A stretch of DNA of 64,000 nt, from positions 747,449 through 811,448 of the forward strand of contig CACIJE010000001.1 in assembly GCA_902586925.1 (NCBI GenBank). The letters are read 5' to 3'. How positions within the stretch are numbered: position 1 is the stretch's first letter; each line of letters begins with the position of its first letter. The DNA is from an uncultured SAR86 cluster bacterium (GTDB lineage Bacteria > Pseudomonadota > Gammaproteobacteria > Magnimaribacterales > D2472). A model generated the notes under the pieces. The model saw nothing but the letters and a program-made list of their open reading frames with translations. It ran no database searches and was not told the origin of the DNA. Position numbers and translations under genes: made by a program. Below, one piece after another: positions 1 through 11,068 of the stretch.

Positions 1-1
1 A

Positions 2-208
2 AAAAATCATCAAGGCGAAGATTCGCAACTAATGATTGATTCAAAAAATAAAAAAGATGATCCAGAAGCTGAACCCACTGTAATAAAAGACAATGAAAAG
101 GATGTTTTATCAAATAATGAAAAAAATGTTACAGAAGTGGCTAATTCTGATAATGAAAGCACTGGCGAGTTAAAACAAAAATCTGAGGAAAATCACGAAA
201 ATGAATAA
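2..208 (+). CDS. 3' end of an upstream gene entering the window (no start in window). It encodes a strongly acidic low-complexity tail and by position is possibly ribosomal protein S6.
   Basis: Frame 2 is open from nt 2 to TAA at 206-208. My translation reads ...[17 protein letters not shown]...[13 protein letters not shown]. It overlaps the rpsR start by 8 nt. rpsF normally precedes (priB-)rpsR-rplI, and S6 has an acidic C-terminus. It is absent from the supplied ORF track because it has no start. Confidence 0.35.
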   Translation, partial: KNHQGEDSQLMIDSKNKKDDPEAEPTVIKDNEKDVLSNNEKNVTEVANSDNESTGELKQKSEENHENE

Positions 209-395
209 ATTTGAGATACCAAAGAATTTCGATTACAAAAATGTAAATATACTTAAGCAATTTATAACTGAAACAGGAAAAATTATACCGGCTAGAGTAA
301 CTGGTATTTCTGCATCTAATCAAAGAAAATTGACCAGAAATATTAAAATTGCCAGATTTTTAGCTTTAATACCTTATACAGACATGCATAAATAG
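201..395 (+). CDS. rpsR: 30S ribosomal protein S18
   Basis: [41 protein letters not shown] matches the conserved S18 core (E. coli YITESGKIVPSRITG...LLPYTD). rplI lies directly downstream. Confidence 0.9.
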   Translation: MNKFEIPKNFDYKNVNILKQFITETGKIIPARVTGISASNQRKLTRNIKIARFLALIPYTDMHK

Positions 396-397
396 TC

Positions 398-844
398 ATG
401 AAAATTATATTACTTGATAAAATTCAGCGATTGGGGAACATAGGCGATATTGTTGAAGTAAACAGTGGTTATGCAAGGAATTTTTTGATTCCCCAAAAGA
501 AAGCAGCTTTTGCAAGTGAAAAAAATATTGCCGAGGTTGAATCAAAAAAAGATGAATTGGCAGCATTGTCAGAAGATATTTTATTACAAGCACAATCACG
601 ATCAAAAGATATAGAAGGTTCGGAATGCGAAATCTCAGTTCCTGTTACTGATGAAGGAGCACTGTACGGTTCTGTTGGAACAAGAGAAATATCTGATGCT
701 TTTTCATCTAAAAATATAGAAATTGATAAAAGTGAGGTCCAGCTTCCAGACGGACCAATTAAAGAAGTTGGCGAACACAGCGTAATGATAAGCGTCCATC
801 CAGAGGTTTCTTTTGAAGTGCTAGTAAAAGTATCTCCAGAGTAG
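398..844 (+). CDS. rplI: 50S ribosomal protein L9
   Basis: N-terminus MKIILLDKIQRLGNIGDIVEVNSGYARNFLIPQKKA is the typical L9 N-domain. It sits in rpsR-rplI-dnaB synteny. Confidence 0.9.
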   Translation: MKIILLDKIQRLGNIGDIVEVNSGYARNFLIPQKKAAFASEKNIAEVESKKDELAALSEDILLQAQSRSKDIEGSECEISVPVTDEGALYGSVGTREISDAFSSKNIEIDKSEVQLPDGPIKEVGEHSVMISVHPEVSFEVLVKVSPE

Positions 845-882
845 TTGTATATTTTTAGATATGATGTAAAAATCATATTTCA

Positions 883-2259
883 ATGTCAGATTCAAATATC
901 ATTCAAAGCGAGCAAGCAAGAGAGGCTGAAAAAGCTGTTTTAGGTGGCTTGATGTTAGAGACGCATAGATTTGATACTGTAATTCAAGTTATAAAAGAGA
1001 ATGACTTTGATGGAAAAGATCATCAGATTATTTTTCAATCAATGTCTGAGCTTATTGAAGAAAATAAACCACTTGATCCTCTTACAGTATCCGAAAAGTT
1101 AGATAACAAAAATTCTCTTAATAAAATTGGCGGTAAAGATTATTTAATTGAACTTGCGACTTCTACACCATCTGCCGCAAACCTAGAAGCATACGCTGAA
1201 ATAATCAGACAAAGATCAATTACAAGAAAATTGATGAAAGCAAATTCTGAGATATCCGAATTAATTATAAATCCTCAAGGACAAGATGGGGCTTCTTTAT
1301 TAGATAAAGCTGAAAGTATGATTTTTGCCTTAAATGAGGAATCATCGCAGGATAATGAATCGCTAAGATCAATGAAAAATTTAGTTCCAGCTTCATTAGA
1401 TAGGCTTTATGAGCTATCTAACAATCCAAATGGTTTGATAGGGTCTTCATCTGGATTTAAGGATTTAGACAAAAATTTACAAGGCTTGCAGAAAGGAGAT
1501 TTATTAGTAGTTGCAGGCCGACCTAGTATGGGCAAAACGTCTTTTGCAATGAATATTGCTGAAAATATTCTCACCAATGAAGAACATGAGGGATCTGTTT
1601 TAATTTTTAGTCTTGAAATGCCTGCTGAATCATTGACGACTAGAATGCTGGCAAGTATGACAAAAATTAATCAACAAGATGTAAGAGCCGGTTCGCTTAA
1701 AGATAGTGAAATGAAAGAACTCTTATTACAGAGTGCAAAATTAAAACATTTACCTTTGTGGATTGATGATAGTTCAATTTTATCTCCAATGGAGCTTAGG
1801 GCTAAGGCAAGGAGACTTGCAAGAAGTGAAAAAAAAGGCCTTTCTTTAATTGTTGTTGACTACCTTCAACTTATGCAACTCCCACTTTCAACAGAAAATA
1901 GAGTCAATCAGATATCTGAAATATCAAGATCTTTAAAATCTTTAGCAAAAGAACTTAACGTTCCTGTTATTGCAATATCACAGCTAAATAGAGCAGTCGA
2001 CCAAAGACCTACTAAAAGACCAATAATGTCAGATTTAAGAGATTCAGGGGCAATTGAACAAGATGCTGACGTTATTTTATTCGTATACAGAGAGGAAGTT
2101 TATGATCCTGAAAAAGAAGGTGTTGAAGGAAAAGCAGAGATAATAATAGGCAAACAAAGAAATGGACCTATTGGTACAGTAAAACTTACTTTCTTAAAAG
2201 AATTCACAAGATTTGAAAATTATGTCTCTGAAAATTTTCAACAAAATTTTGATGAATGA
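883..2259 (+). CDS. dnaB: replicative DNA helicase DnaB
   Basis: 458 aa. Walker A GRPSMGKTSFAMN, the DYLQLM motif and the SQLNR...RPIMSDLRDSGAIEQDADV block are present. Confidence 0.95.
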   Translation: MSDSNIIQSEQAREAEKAVLGGLMLETHRFDTVIQVIKENDFDGKDHQIIFQSMSELIEENKPLDPLTVSEKLDNKNSLNKIGGKDYLIELATSTPSAANLEAYAEIIRQRSITRKLMKANSEISELIINPQGQDGASLLDKAESMIFALNEESSQDNESLRSMKNLVPASLDRLYELSNNPNGLIGSSSGFKDLDKNLQGLQKGDLLVVAGRPSMGKTSFAMNIAENILTNEEHEGSVLIFSLEMPAESLTTRMLASMTKINQQDVRAGSLKDSEMKELLLQSAKLKHLPLWIDDSSILSPMELRAKARRLARSEKKGLSLIVVDYLQLMQLPLSTENRVNQISEISRSLKSLAKELNVPVIAISQLNRAVDQRPTKRPIMSDLRDSGAIEQDADVILFVYREEVYDPEKEGVEGKAEIIIGKQRNGPIGTVKLTFLKEFTRFENYVSENFQQNFDE

Positions 2260-3317
2260 CAGCTATAAATTCTGAATTAATTATCGATGGAAATGTTTTA
2301 AGAACAAACATTTCTTATATAAAAAATAAGCTTGAAAATAAATCAAAATTTATGGCAGTAATAAAGTCTGATGCCTATGGTCATAATCTTGAAGAAGTTA
2401 CAGAAGATATTGATGACCTTGCAGATGGATATGGTGTAGTAAGGATTGATGAAGCAAGAAAAATAAGAAGTTTATCTAATAAAAAAATTTTGTTAATGCA
2501 GGGAATATATTCTAATGATGAATTCCTTGAGGCAAAGGATCTTAATCTTGATATGGTTGTTCATAATCAAGATCAATTTCAAATAGTTAAAAAAAATAAT
2601 ACCTTTAATAATTTATGGTTAAAGATTAACACTGGTATGAATAGATTGGGATTTGAAATAGATGATTTTATTGATATTTATAATAAGTATCTTAGCAATA
2701 AAAGATTTACTCTCATGACTCACCTAGCAGCCTCAAATGATAAAGATTCTATTTCTAATCAGAATCAATTTAAGTTATTTAAAGATTTATCCAATAAGAT
2801 GCATAAAGATGTTGATAAAAGTATTGCAAATACTGGATGTATTATGAATTTTCCAGATAAATTATATGATTGGGTAAGATGTGGAATAGGAATGTATGGC
2901 GGTTATTTTAAAGACGATCAAATCCAAACCGCAATGACACTTAGATCACCAGTTGTAAATTTAAGAAAGATAAAGAAAGATGAAAGAGTTGGTTATGATG
3001 GAAGAGCTGTTGCTGAAAAAGATATGCTAATTGCTACTGTTTATCTTGGTTATGCTGATGGATTACCTTTAAACATAAAAGATGGCACTAATGTATTAAT
3101 CAAAGGTCAAAAAGCAAAAGTTTTTGGAAGAGTCAGTATGGATTTAACTACAATAGATGTAACAAACATAAATGATTGTAATATAGGTGATTGGTGTGAG
3201 TTTTTTTCAAAAGACCTATCGATTTCAAATATAGCCAAATCAAATGATCTAATTTCTTATTATTTGATGACTGGAGTTAAGTCTAGGGTTGAAAAAATAT
3301 ATAAAAGAGCAGATTAA
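2256..3317 (+). CDS. alr: alanine racemase
   Basis: PLP-lysine motif AVIKSDAYGHN and C-terminal GRVSMD motif. dnaB-alr adjacency matches E. coli and Pseudomonas, with an ATGA overlap on dnaB. Confidence 0.85.
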   Translation: MTAINSELIIDGNVLRTNISYIKNKLENKSKFMAVIKSDAYGHNLEEVTEDIDDLADGYGVVRIDEARKIRSLSNKKILLMQGIYSNDEFLEAKDLNLDMVVHNQDQFQIVKKNNTFNNLWLKINTGMNRLGFEIDDFIDIYNKYLSNKRFTLMTHLAASNDKDSISNQNQFKLFKDLSNKMHKDVDKSIANTGCIMNFPDKLYDWVRCGIGMYGGYFKDDQIQTAMTLRSPVVNLRKIKKDERVGYDGRAVAEKDMLIATVYLGYADGLPLNIKDGTNVLIKGQKAKVFGRVSMDLTTIDVTNINDCNIGDWCEFFSKDLSISNIAKSNDLISYYLMTGVKSRVEKIYKRAD

Positions 3318-3343
3318 TCTGTTATTCTAATATCCCATCATGA

Positions 3344-4981
<1,638 letters not shown>

Positions 4982-4986
4982 ATGGA

Positions 4987-5817
4987 ATGAAACTAAGAAA
5001 CTTTGATATCGATAACTCTGAACCTATGATACTAATGGGGGGCATGAATGTTCTTGAATCAAGAGATTTAGCAATGAACGTTGCTGAAAAATTTAAGGAA
5101 GTTACTGATAAAAACGCTATAGGGTATATCTTTAAAGGCTCATTTGATAAGGCAAATAGAAGTTCTATAAATTCATTTAGAGGACCTGGCATGGATGAGG
5201 GATTAAAAATACTTCAAGAGATTTCAAATGCCTTTGATGTTCCTGTCATAACTGATATTCATGAACCTGAGCAAGCTTTACCAGTAAGTGAAATATGTGA
5301 AGTTATCCAAATACCTGCCTTTTTAGCTAGACAAACAAACCTTGTGAGTGCTGCTGCACAAACAAAATCGATTATTCAATTTAAAAAACCACAGTTTTTA
5401 TCTGCTCAGGAAATGGCTAATGTTGTTGAAAAGTGTGAATCAGCTGGTAACAAGAATATCACCTTATGTGAGAGAGGAAATTCATATGGTTATAATAATT
5501 TGGTTGTTGACACTTTAAATTTTCAAATTTTAAAAAAAATTTCAAAACCAGTTATTTTTGACGTAACTCATTCTCTTCAACTTCCAGGAGGTCTAGGAAC
5601 CTCTACTGATGGTAGAAGGGAGTTTGTTTTAAGTCTTGCAAAAGCTGGAATGTCACAATCAATAGCTGGCCTTTTCCTAGAGGCTCATCCAAATCCTGAT
5701 GAGGCAAAATGTGATGGTCCTTGTGCACTTCCATTATCATGTCTTGATGAATTTCTCAGTCAAATAAAAGATCTTGATGATTTCGTTAAAAATCAAAATA
5801 ATTTTGAGATTAAATAA
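4987..5817 (+). CDS. kdsA: 3-deoxy-8-phosphooctulonate (KDO-8-P) synthase
   Basis: 276 aa with GMNVLES, KGSFDKANRSS and DVTHSLQLPGG motifs. pyrG-kdsA-eno order as in Pseudomonas. Confidence 0.93.
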   Translation: MKLRNFDIDNSEPMILMGGMNVLESRDLAMNVAEKFKEVTDKNAIGYIFKGSFDKANRSSINSFRGPGMDEGLKILQEISNAFDVPVITDIHEPEQALPVSEICEVIQIPAFLARQTNLVSAAAQTKSIIQFKKPQFLSAQEMANVVEKCESAGNKNITLCERGNSYGYNNLVVDTLNFQILKKISKPVIFDVTHSLQLPGGLGTSTDGRREFVLSLAKAGMSQSIAGLFLEAHPNPDEAKCDGPCALPLSCLDEFLSQIKDLDDFVKNQNNFEIK

Positions 5818-5819
5818 TA

Positions 5820-7097
5820 ATGTCAAAGATATCCGATGTTAAAGCTATTCAAGTTTTCGATTCTCGAGGTTTCCCCACAATTTCATGCAAAATAACTCTT
5901 GAAAATCAGATATCTGCTTTCGCGATGGTTCCTAGTGGTGCCTCTACAGGATCAAAAGAAGCACTTGAATTAAGAGATAATAACCTAATGTATCACGGTA
6001 AGGGAGTACTTAAAGCTGTCTCAAATATAAATGATAAGCTTGCTCCATTAATAATAGGTAAAGATCCAAATAATCAGATTGAACTTGACAAAATTCTTAT
6101 TGATTTTGACGGAACAGATGACAAGTCCTTAATGGGTGCAAATGCGATATTAGCCATTTCACTTGCAAACTCTCATGTAGCAGCTAAAAGTAAAGGTTTA
6201 AATCTTTACGAGCATTTTTCTAAAATATACTCAGATATTACAGGCGAAAATGTTAATAGTTGCATACCAATGCCAATGTTTAATATTCTTAATGGCGGAG
6301 AACATGCAGACAATAATATTGATATCCAGGAATTTATGATTGTCCCAAATGGCGCTGATGATTTTTCAGAAATTATGCAGTGGTCTTCGGAAATATATCA
6401 TAATTTAAAACAGATCATCCGTTCTAGGAACCACTCAACAGCTGTTGGAGATGAAGGAGGATTTGCACCAAATCTTCAGTCAAACGAAGAAGCGGTTAAA
6501 TTGATTATTGAATCAATACAAAAATCGAATTTAATACCAGGTAGTGATGTAAATATCGCACTTGATTGTGCGGCTAGTGAGTTTTTTGATGGAGGTAAGT
6601 ATTTTTTCAGAGGCGAGAATAAAAAGTACTCTTCTTCAGAATTAGTAGATTATTTTGAAAACTTAATAACTAAATATCCAATAATATCAATTGAGGATGC
6701 TATGGATGAAAACGATTTTGTTGGCTGGAAGTTAATAACAGAAAAATTAGGTAACCGGTGCCAATTAGTTGGTGATGATCTATTTGTAACAAATGAAAAG
6801 ATTTTTTTAGATGGAGTAAGTAAAAATATTGCAAATTCAATTTTAATTAAATTTAATCAGGTTGGAACAATTACTGAAACAATTAAAACCATATTTAGTG
6901 CTCGAAAAAATAACTATAAAACAATAATTTCGCACAGATCTGGAGAAACTGAAGATACTACAATTTCAGATTTAGCAGTTGGTTTAGGTGTAGCACAAAT
7001 AAAAACTGGAGCTCCTTGCAGATCTGATAGGATTGCAAAATATAATAGATTGCTTTGGATAGAAAATGAAAGCACTAATATTTTGTTAAATGAATAA
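5820..7097 (+). CDS. eno: enolase
   Basis: SRGFPT, PSGASTG, LIKFNQVGTITET and SHRSGETEDTTISDLAVG motifs. Confidence 0.97.
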   Translation: MSKISDVKAIQVFDSRGFPTISCKITLENQISAFAMVPSGASTGSKEALELRDNNLMYHGKGVLKAVSNINDKLAPLIIGKDPNNQIELDKILIDFDGTDDKSLMGANAILAISLANSHVAAKSKGLNLYEHFSKIYSDITGENVNSCIPMPMFNILNGGEHADNNIDIQEFMIVPNGADDFSEIMQWSSEIYHNLKQIIRSRNHSTAVGDEGGFAPNLQSNEEAVKLIIESIQKSNLIPGSDVNIALDCAASEFFDGGKYFFRGENKKYSSSELVDYFENLITKYPIISIEDAMDENDFVGWKLITEKLGNRCQLVGDDLFVTNEKIFLDGVSKNIANSILIKFNQVGTITETIKTIFSARKNNYKTIISHRSGETEDTTISDLAVGLGVAQIKTGAPCRSDRIAKYNRLLWIENESTNILLNE

Positions 7098-7383
7098 ACT
7101 ATATTATTTAATTTTTATTTTTATAATTATTCTTTTATTAAATAGCATTTTTTTTAGTGAAAACAGTTACTCAAAAAGAAACGAATTAATAGAAGAAAAT
7201 TCGATTCAAAAAGCTAAAAATGCAGATATCAAGAAACAAAATACTATTCTTGAATTTGAGATTAACAATGCTCAAAATTCAAATGATCATGTAGAAAATT
7301 TTGCAAGAGAGAAACTGAATTTAACATACCCAGATGAGGAATTTATATCTTTTAAAAATGAAGATATACAAGATAATGAATAA
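7090..7383 (+). CDS. ftsB: cell division protein FtsB (septum formation initiator family)
   Basis: 97 aa with an N-terminal TM helix, then a coiled-coil and the conserved ...VENFAREKLNLTYPDE tail. It occupies the position between eno and ispD. Confidence 0.7.
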   Translation: MNKLYYLIFIFIIILLLNSIFFSENSYSKRNELIEENSIQKAKNADIKKQNTILEFEINNAQNSNDHVENFAREKLNLTYPDEEFISFKNEDIQDNE

Positions 7384-8521
7384 GAATAGTCTACTAGTAA
7401 TTATTGCTGCAGCTGGAATTGGTAAAAGGTTTGGTAAACATTTACCAAAGCAGTATGAAAAAATTAATGGAAATACCATCATAGAAATGGCAGTTAAACC
7501 TTTTGTTGATTCTATTTATGTTACTAAAATAATAATTGCAGTTGCTGATGACGACGAACATATTAAAGATCAAAATTTTTATAATTTAGAAAAAATTGAA
7601 TATGTTGTTGGAGGTTCAAGCAGACAAGAATCCATTTATAACGCACTCGACGCAGCAAGCGATCAATATGAATTTGTCATTACTCATGATGCTGCAAGAC
7701 CAAATATAGATGAAGATGTTATTGTAAAGTTATACGAGGATATAATTAAATCTCAATCAAGTTGTTCATATTTATATACTCCAGTTTATGAATCAATTAG
7801 AGGAATTGATGAACAAGATAAAACATTAGATAAAAATAAATTTTACTTAGTACAAACACCACAAATATCAAATTTTAATGATCTCAAGAAATCTATTAAG
7901 AAATGTTTAGAGGAAGATATTGAAAGTCCTGATGAATCTTCCGCTATCGAGCATTCAAATTTAAAATTATCAAAAGTAAAGGGTGCTAGATCAAATATTA
8001 AAGTAACGGAAAAAGAAGATGTAAAAATTCTAAATAAATTCCTTACACGAAGTGGTACTGGCTTTGATCTTCATAAATATGAGCCAGGAGATGGAATTGT
8101 TTTAGGCGGTTGTAAAATAAAGTGTAATTATAAAATTGTTGCACACTCAGATGGCGATGTTTTACTTCATTCTATCGCAGATTCCATTTTAGGTGCTGCT
8201 GGAATAGGAGATATTGGAATGTTTTTTTCTGATAAAGATAATACTAACAAGGGCCTCGACAGTAGCTTAATTATTGAATATTGTCTTGATCAACTAAAAA
8301 AATTAAATCTTGAGATTTACAATATTGATACTACAGTTATTTGTGAAAATCCAAAAATAAATCCATTTAGAGATAAAATCCTTAAAAAAATATCTTTGTT
8401 ATTGCAAGTTCCTATTTCTAGAATTGGCCTAAAGGCAACAACTTCTGAAAAAATAGGAATTATTGGAAATAATCAAGCTATTGCTGTCCAAAGTCTAGTT
8501 AATCTTAAAGATAAAATATGA
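7376..8521 (+). CDS. ispDF: bifunctional IspD/IspF: 2-C-methyl-D-erythritol 4-phosphate cytidylyltransferase fused to MEcPP synthase
   Basis: N-terminal half carries the IspD motif IIAAAGIGKRFG...HDAARP. C-terminal half carries the IspF motif GTGFDLHKY...VAHSDGDVLLHSIADSILGAAGIGDIG. It is one uninterrupted frame. I chose the ATG at 7376 (MNKNSLLV...) rather than track start 7334, which lies deep inside ftsB. Confidence 0.85.
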   Translation: MNKNSLLVIIAAAGIGKRFGKHLPKQYEKINGNTIIEMAVKPFVDSIYVTKIIIAVADDDEHIKDQNFYNLEKIEYVVGGSSRQESIYNALDAASDQYEFVITHDAARPNIDEDVIVKLYEDIIKSQSSCSYLYTPVYESIRGIDEQDKTLDKNKFYLVQTPQISNFNDLKKSIKKCLEEDIESPDESSAIEHSNLKLSKVKGARSNIKVTEKEDVKILNKFLTRSGTGFDLHKYEPGDGIVLGGCKIKCNYKIVAHSDGDVLLHSIADSILGAAGIGDIGMFFSDKDNTNKGLDSSLIIEYCLDQLKKLNLEIYNIDTTVICENPKINPFRDKILKKISLLLQVPISRIGLKATTSEKIGIIGNNQAIAVQSLVNLKDKI

Positions 8522-9273
8522 AAATATTATTAACAAACGATGATGGTTATGATGCATTAAATATTAAAAGCCTGTATTCACAATTAAAAAAAGAACATGA
8601 TGTTTGGATTGTTGCTCCAAAAAATAATTGCAGTGGTATGAGTGCTGCAATCTCATATCTCAATGAAATCGAGGTTACTAAGATTGAAGATAAAATTTAT
8701 GCTGTTGATGGTACACCAGCAGATTGCAGTTATTTAGGACTTTTGAGCATAGTAGATTTTGAATTTGATATAGTTATATCTGGGATTAATCACGGTGCAA
8801 ATATTGGTAATGATGTGCTTTATTCAGGAACAGTTGGCGCAGCAGTTGGTGGCAGAAATTTAAAGTATCCTCCCATAGCTATTTCAGTAGCAACATATGA
8901 TGCAAAAGATATCGAGTTTATATCAAAGAAATCAATAGAATTGATTAATATGATTATTAAATCTGAGGAAATTTTTATGGGCAAAATAATAAACATTAAT
9001 TTTCCGGATATTACTGAAAATGAATTTAAAGGCTGCCTTGCCACAGGATTATCAAAAAGGGATGTACCAGCAGAGCCTATCAAGATCGATGAGAGTTCTT
9101 CACCTAAAGAATCTTATAAATATAGATATAATCTTTCAGGAGAACCACTAAGTGATAGCTTTTTAACTGACGCTGAAGCAGTAAAAGATGGCTATGTTTC
9201 AATATCCGTTCTTGATTACAGCCTCGGTTCGTCTAGTTACATAAATGATATTAAAAATATATTAGATGACTAA
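8518..9273 (+). CDS. surE: 5'/3'-nucleotidase SurE
   Basis: MKILLTNDDGYDA N-terminus, GINHGANIG and LYSGTVGAA motifs. surE-pcm synteny. Confidence 0.9.
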   Translation: MKILLTNDDGYDALNIKSLYSQLKKEHDVWIVAPKNNCSGMSAAISYLNEIEVTKIEDKIYAVDGTPADCSYLGLLSIVDFEFDIVISGINHGANIGNDVLYSGTVGAAVGGRNLKYPPIAISVATYDAKDIEFISKKSIELINMIIKSEEIFMGKIININFPDITENEFKGCLATGLSKRDVPAEPIKIDESSSPKESYKYRYNLSGEPLSDSFLTDAEAVKDGYVSISVLDYSLGSSSYINDIKNILDD

Positions 9274-9946
9274 TTCAGGTTTTACCTTTAGAAGAGTTCG
9301 TGAGGAATTAATAGAAACTCTTTTAGACTTGGGCATCAAAGACTTTAGGGTTCTTGATGCCATATCACAAATACCCAGACATACTTTCCTTGATGAAGCT
9401 CTTTGGTCAAGAGCTTATGAAAATAGATCACTAACAATTGGATATAAACAAACAATTTCTCAACCTTACATTGTTGCCAAAATGACTGAGTTACTGGTTT
9501 CTCATACTAAATCAAGAGGGAAGGTATTTGAAAGAATATTAGAGATAGGATCAGGATGTGGATATCAATCAGCTGTTTTATCTTTTTTTAGTGAAGAGGT
9601 TCATGCCATTGAACGGATTAAACCACTTGTTCAGAAGTCTAGAGAGAATTTATCAAAGCTGAAGATTAATAATGTTTTAGTGAAGCATGGCGATGGATAT
9701 CAAGATTGGGAAAAAGAAAAAAAATATGATGGCATAATTTGTGCTGCTGCACCAAGAGAATACCCCAATGATTTAATTTCTGTCCTAAATAATGATGCGA
9801 AACTTGTAATTCCTGTAGGCGGAGCAACCCAAAAATTAAATATGATCACAAAAATTAATCAAGATGAAATAAAAGAAGAAGAATTTGATGATGTATCATT
9901 TGTGCCAATGCTTGCTGGTAAATCTGAAGATGGAAATGATGTATGA
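9266..9946 (+). CDS. pcm: protein-L-isoaspartate O-methyltransferase
   Basis: TISQPYIVAKM and SAM motif ILEIGSGCGYQSAVL. It follows surE with an 8-nt overlap. Confidence 0.9.
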   Translation: MTNSGFTFRRVREELIETLLDLGIKDFRVLDAISQIPRHTFLDEALWSRAYENRSLTIGYKQTISQPYIVAKMTELLVSHTKSRGKVFERILEIGSGCGYQSAVLSFFSEEVHAIERIKPLVQKSRENLSKLKINNVLVKHGDGYQDWEKEKKYDGIICAAAPREYPNDLISVLNNDAKLVIPVGGATQKLNMITKINQDEIKEEEFDDVSFVPMLAGKSEDGNDV

Positions 9947-10674
9947 AAGAAAAAATTAGATATTTTGTAGCTGGTATTTTTATTGGACTTTCTGAATTAT
10001 TACCAGGTATATCTGGAGCCACAGTAGCATTAATGTTTGGAGTATATGAGAAAATATTAAATTTTCTTACTAAGTTAAAAGAATTGAACTTAATACTTCC
10101 TCTCTTATTAGGAATGTTGATAAGTGTATTTACATTTTCTTCATTTATATCTTTTCTTTACGAGAATTTTACTAAATATTTCAATATCTCAATTACTTTG
10201 TTAATGGTTGGTTACGGTCTTTTTTTATTAATAAACACCGCATTGAGAGAAAATATTATTAAAGACCGATACTTCTATTTGAATGTATTTCTAGCAATTT
10301 TAATTGGCTTTTCATTAAGTGGATTTCATATGACTGGACTATATACGCCTGATGGACCATTTATTCCAATATCAGGTGCTTTAGTAATATTTGGTTTTTT
10401 TGCTTGTACTTTTTTATTATTCCCTGGGATTTCGGGAAGTGCTTTTCTTTTGGCAGTAGGAATTTATCCATATATTATTGGAAGTATTTCTAATTTAGAT
10501 TTTGAAGTTTTAGTTCCTTTTGTGTTTGGTATGTTAATTGCGCTTATTATAATGCCAAGATTAATTAATAAAGCTTATGAGAAATATGGAAAATCTATAT
10601 TGATATTTTTTGGAGGATTAATTCTTGCTGCTGGGCTATTAGATCTCTCAGAATCTCTTAATAATCTTTTATAA
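9943..10674 (+). CDS. DUF368 family membrane protein (PopT-type candidate polyprenyl-phosphate transporter)
   Basis: Polytopic membrane protein. It has duplicated [12 protein letters not shown] and [12 protein letters not shown] motifs, characteristic of DUF368. Confidence 0.7.
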   Translation: MKEKIRYFVAGIFIGLSELLPGISGATVALMFGVYEKILNFLTKLKELNLILPLLLGMLISVFTFSSFISFLYENFTKYFNISITLLMVGYGLFLLINTALRENIIKDRYFYLNVFLAILIGFSLSGFHMTGLYTPDGPFIPISGALVIFGFFACTFLLFPGISGSAFLLAVGIYPYIIGSISNLDFEVLVPFVFGMLIALIIMPRLINKAYEKYGKSILIFFGGLILAAGLLDLSESLNNLL

Positions 10675-10986
10675 AAACTCTTTCTTATTTTTTATGTCTT
10701 TAAATTGTTCTGCTTCAGGTAATGGTTCTTTTGACTCAGTAATATTTTCATAAACTTCAGAAAGTTTTAGATTTATTTCTATGAATTCAATTTGATCTGA
10801 TGGAAGCTCGTCATCTGCGTAAATTGCTTCAATAGGGCATTCTGGCTCACATAGACCACAATCAATACATTCGTCAGGATGAATTACAAGAAATTCAGGA
10901 CCTTCGTAAAAACAATCAACAGGACATACTTCAACGCAATCTGTATATTTACATTTAATGCATGATTCTGTTACTACGTATGTCAT
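10669..10986 (-). CDS. fdxA: ferredoxin, 7Fe / 2x[4Fe-4S]-type (Azotobacter FdI-like)
   Basis: [29 protein letters not shown]...[12 protein letters not shown] cysteine pattern. Confidence 0.9.
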   Translation of the reverse strand: MTYVVTESCIKCKYTDCVEVCPVDCFYEGPEFLVIHPDECIDCGLCEPECPIEAIYADDELPSDQIEFIEINLKLSEVYENITESKEPLPEAEQFKDIKNKKEFL

Positions 10987-11068
10987 AATTACTTAAGAAA
11001 GTGTGAATTTTAGCTTAGTAATTTTTAAATTTACACAAAAGACTTCAAAAAAACATAAAATTATCATA

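Noticed and set aside
469-876. Long antisense ORFs inside well-supported genes. Examples: 469-876(-) in rplI, 3997-4458(-) in pyrG, 10993-11331(-) in recA, 20937-21341(-) in yebC, 22480-22947(-) in tolQ, 28630-28974(+) in bepA, 44407-44814(-) in der, 53155-53589(-) in lpdA, 60993-61391(-) in ribF.
   Set aside because: Each lies fully within a gene whose product has clear conserved motifs on the other strand. Their translations are low-complexity (Ser, Leu, Ile and Phe rich), with no recognisable motifs, SD sequences or independent spacing. This is the typical shadow-frame artefact of codon-biased genes.
858-880. AT-only inverted repeat ATATGAT-N6-ATCATAT between rplI and dnaB, a possible terminator.
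   Set aside because: The stem is a weak all-A/T 7 bp with no following T-run, and it lies only 3 nt before the dnaB start. It is more likely coincidental in AT-rich spacer DNA.
7334-7375. N-terminal extensions offered by the ORF track: ispDF from 7334, thiolase from 12117, ATP-grasp from 15216, ybgC from 22043, iaaA from 30513, dapA from 32017, esterase from 14323.
   Set aside because: The extensions run into the preceding gene or use TTG. A downstream ATG gives an N-terminus that matches the conserved family start or a clean signal peptide.
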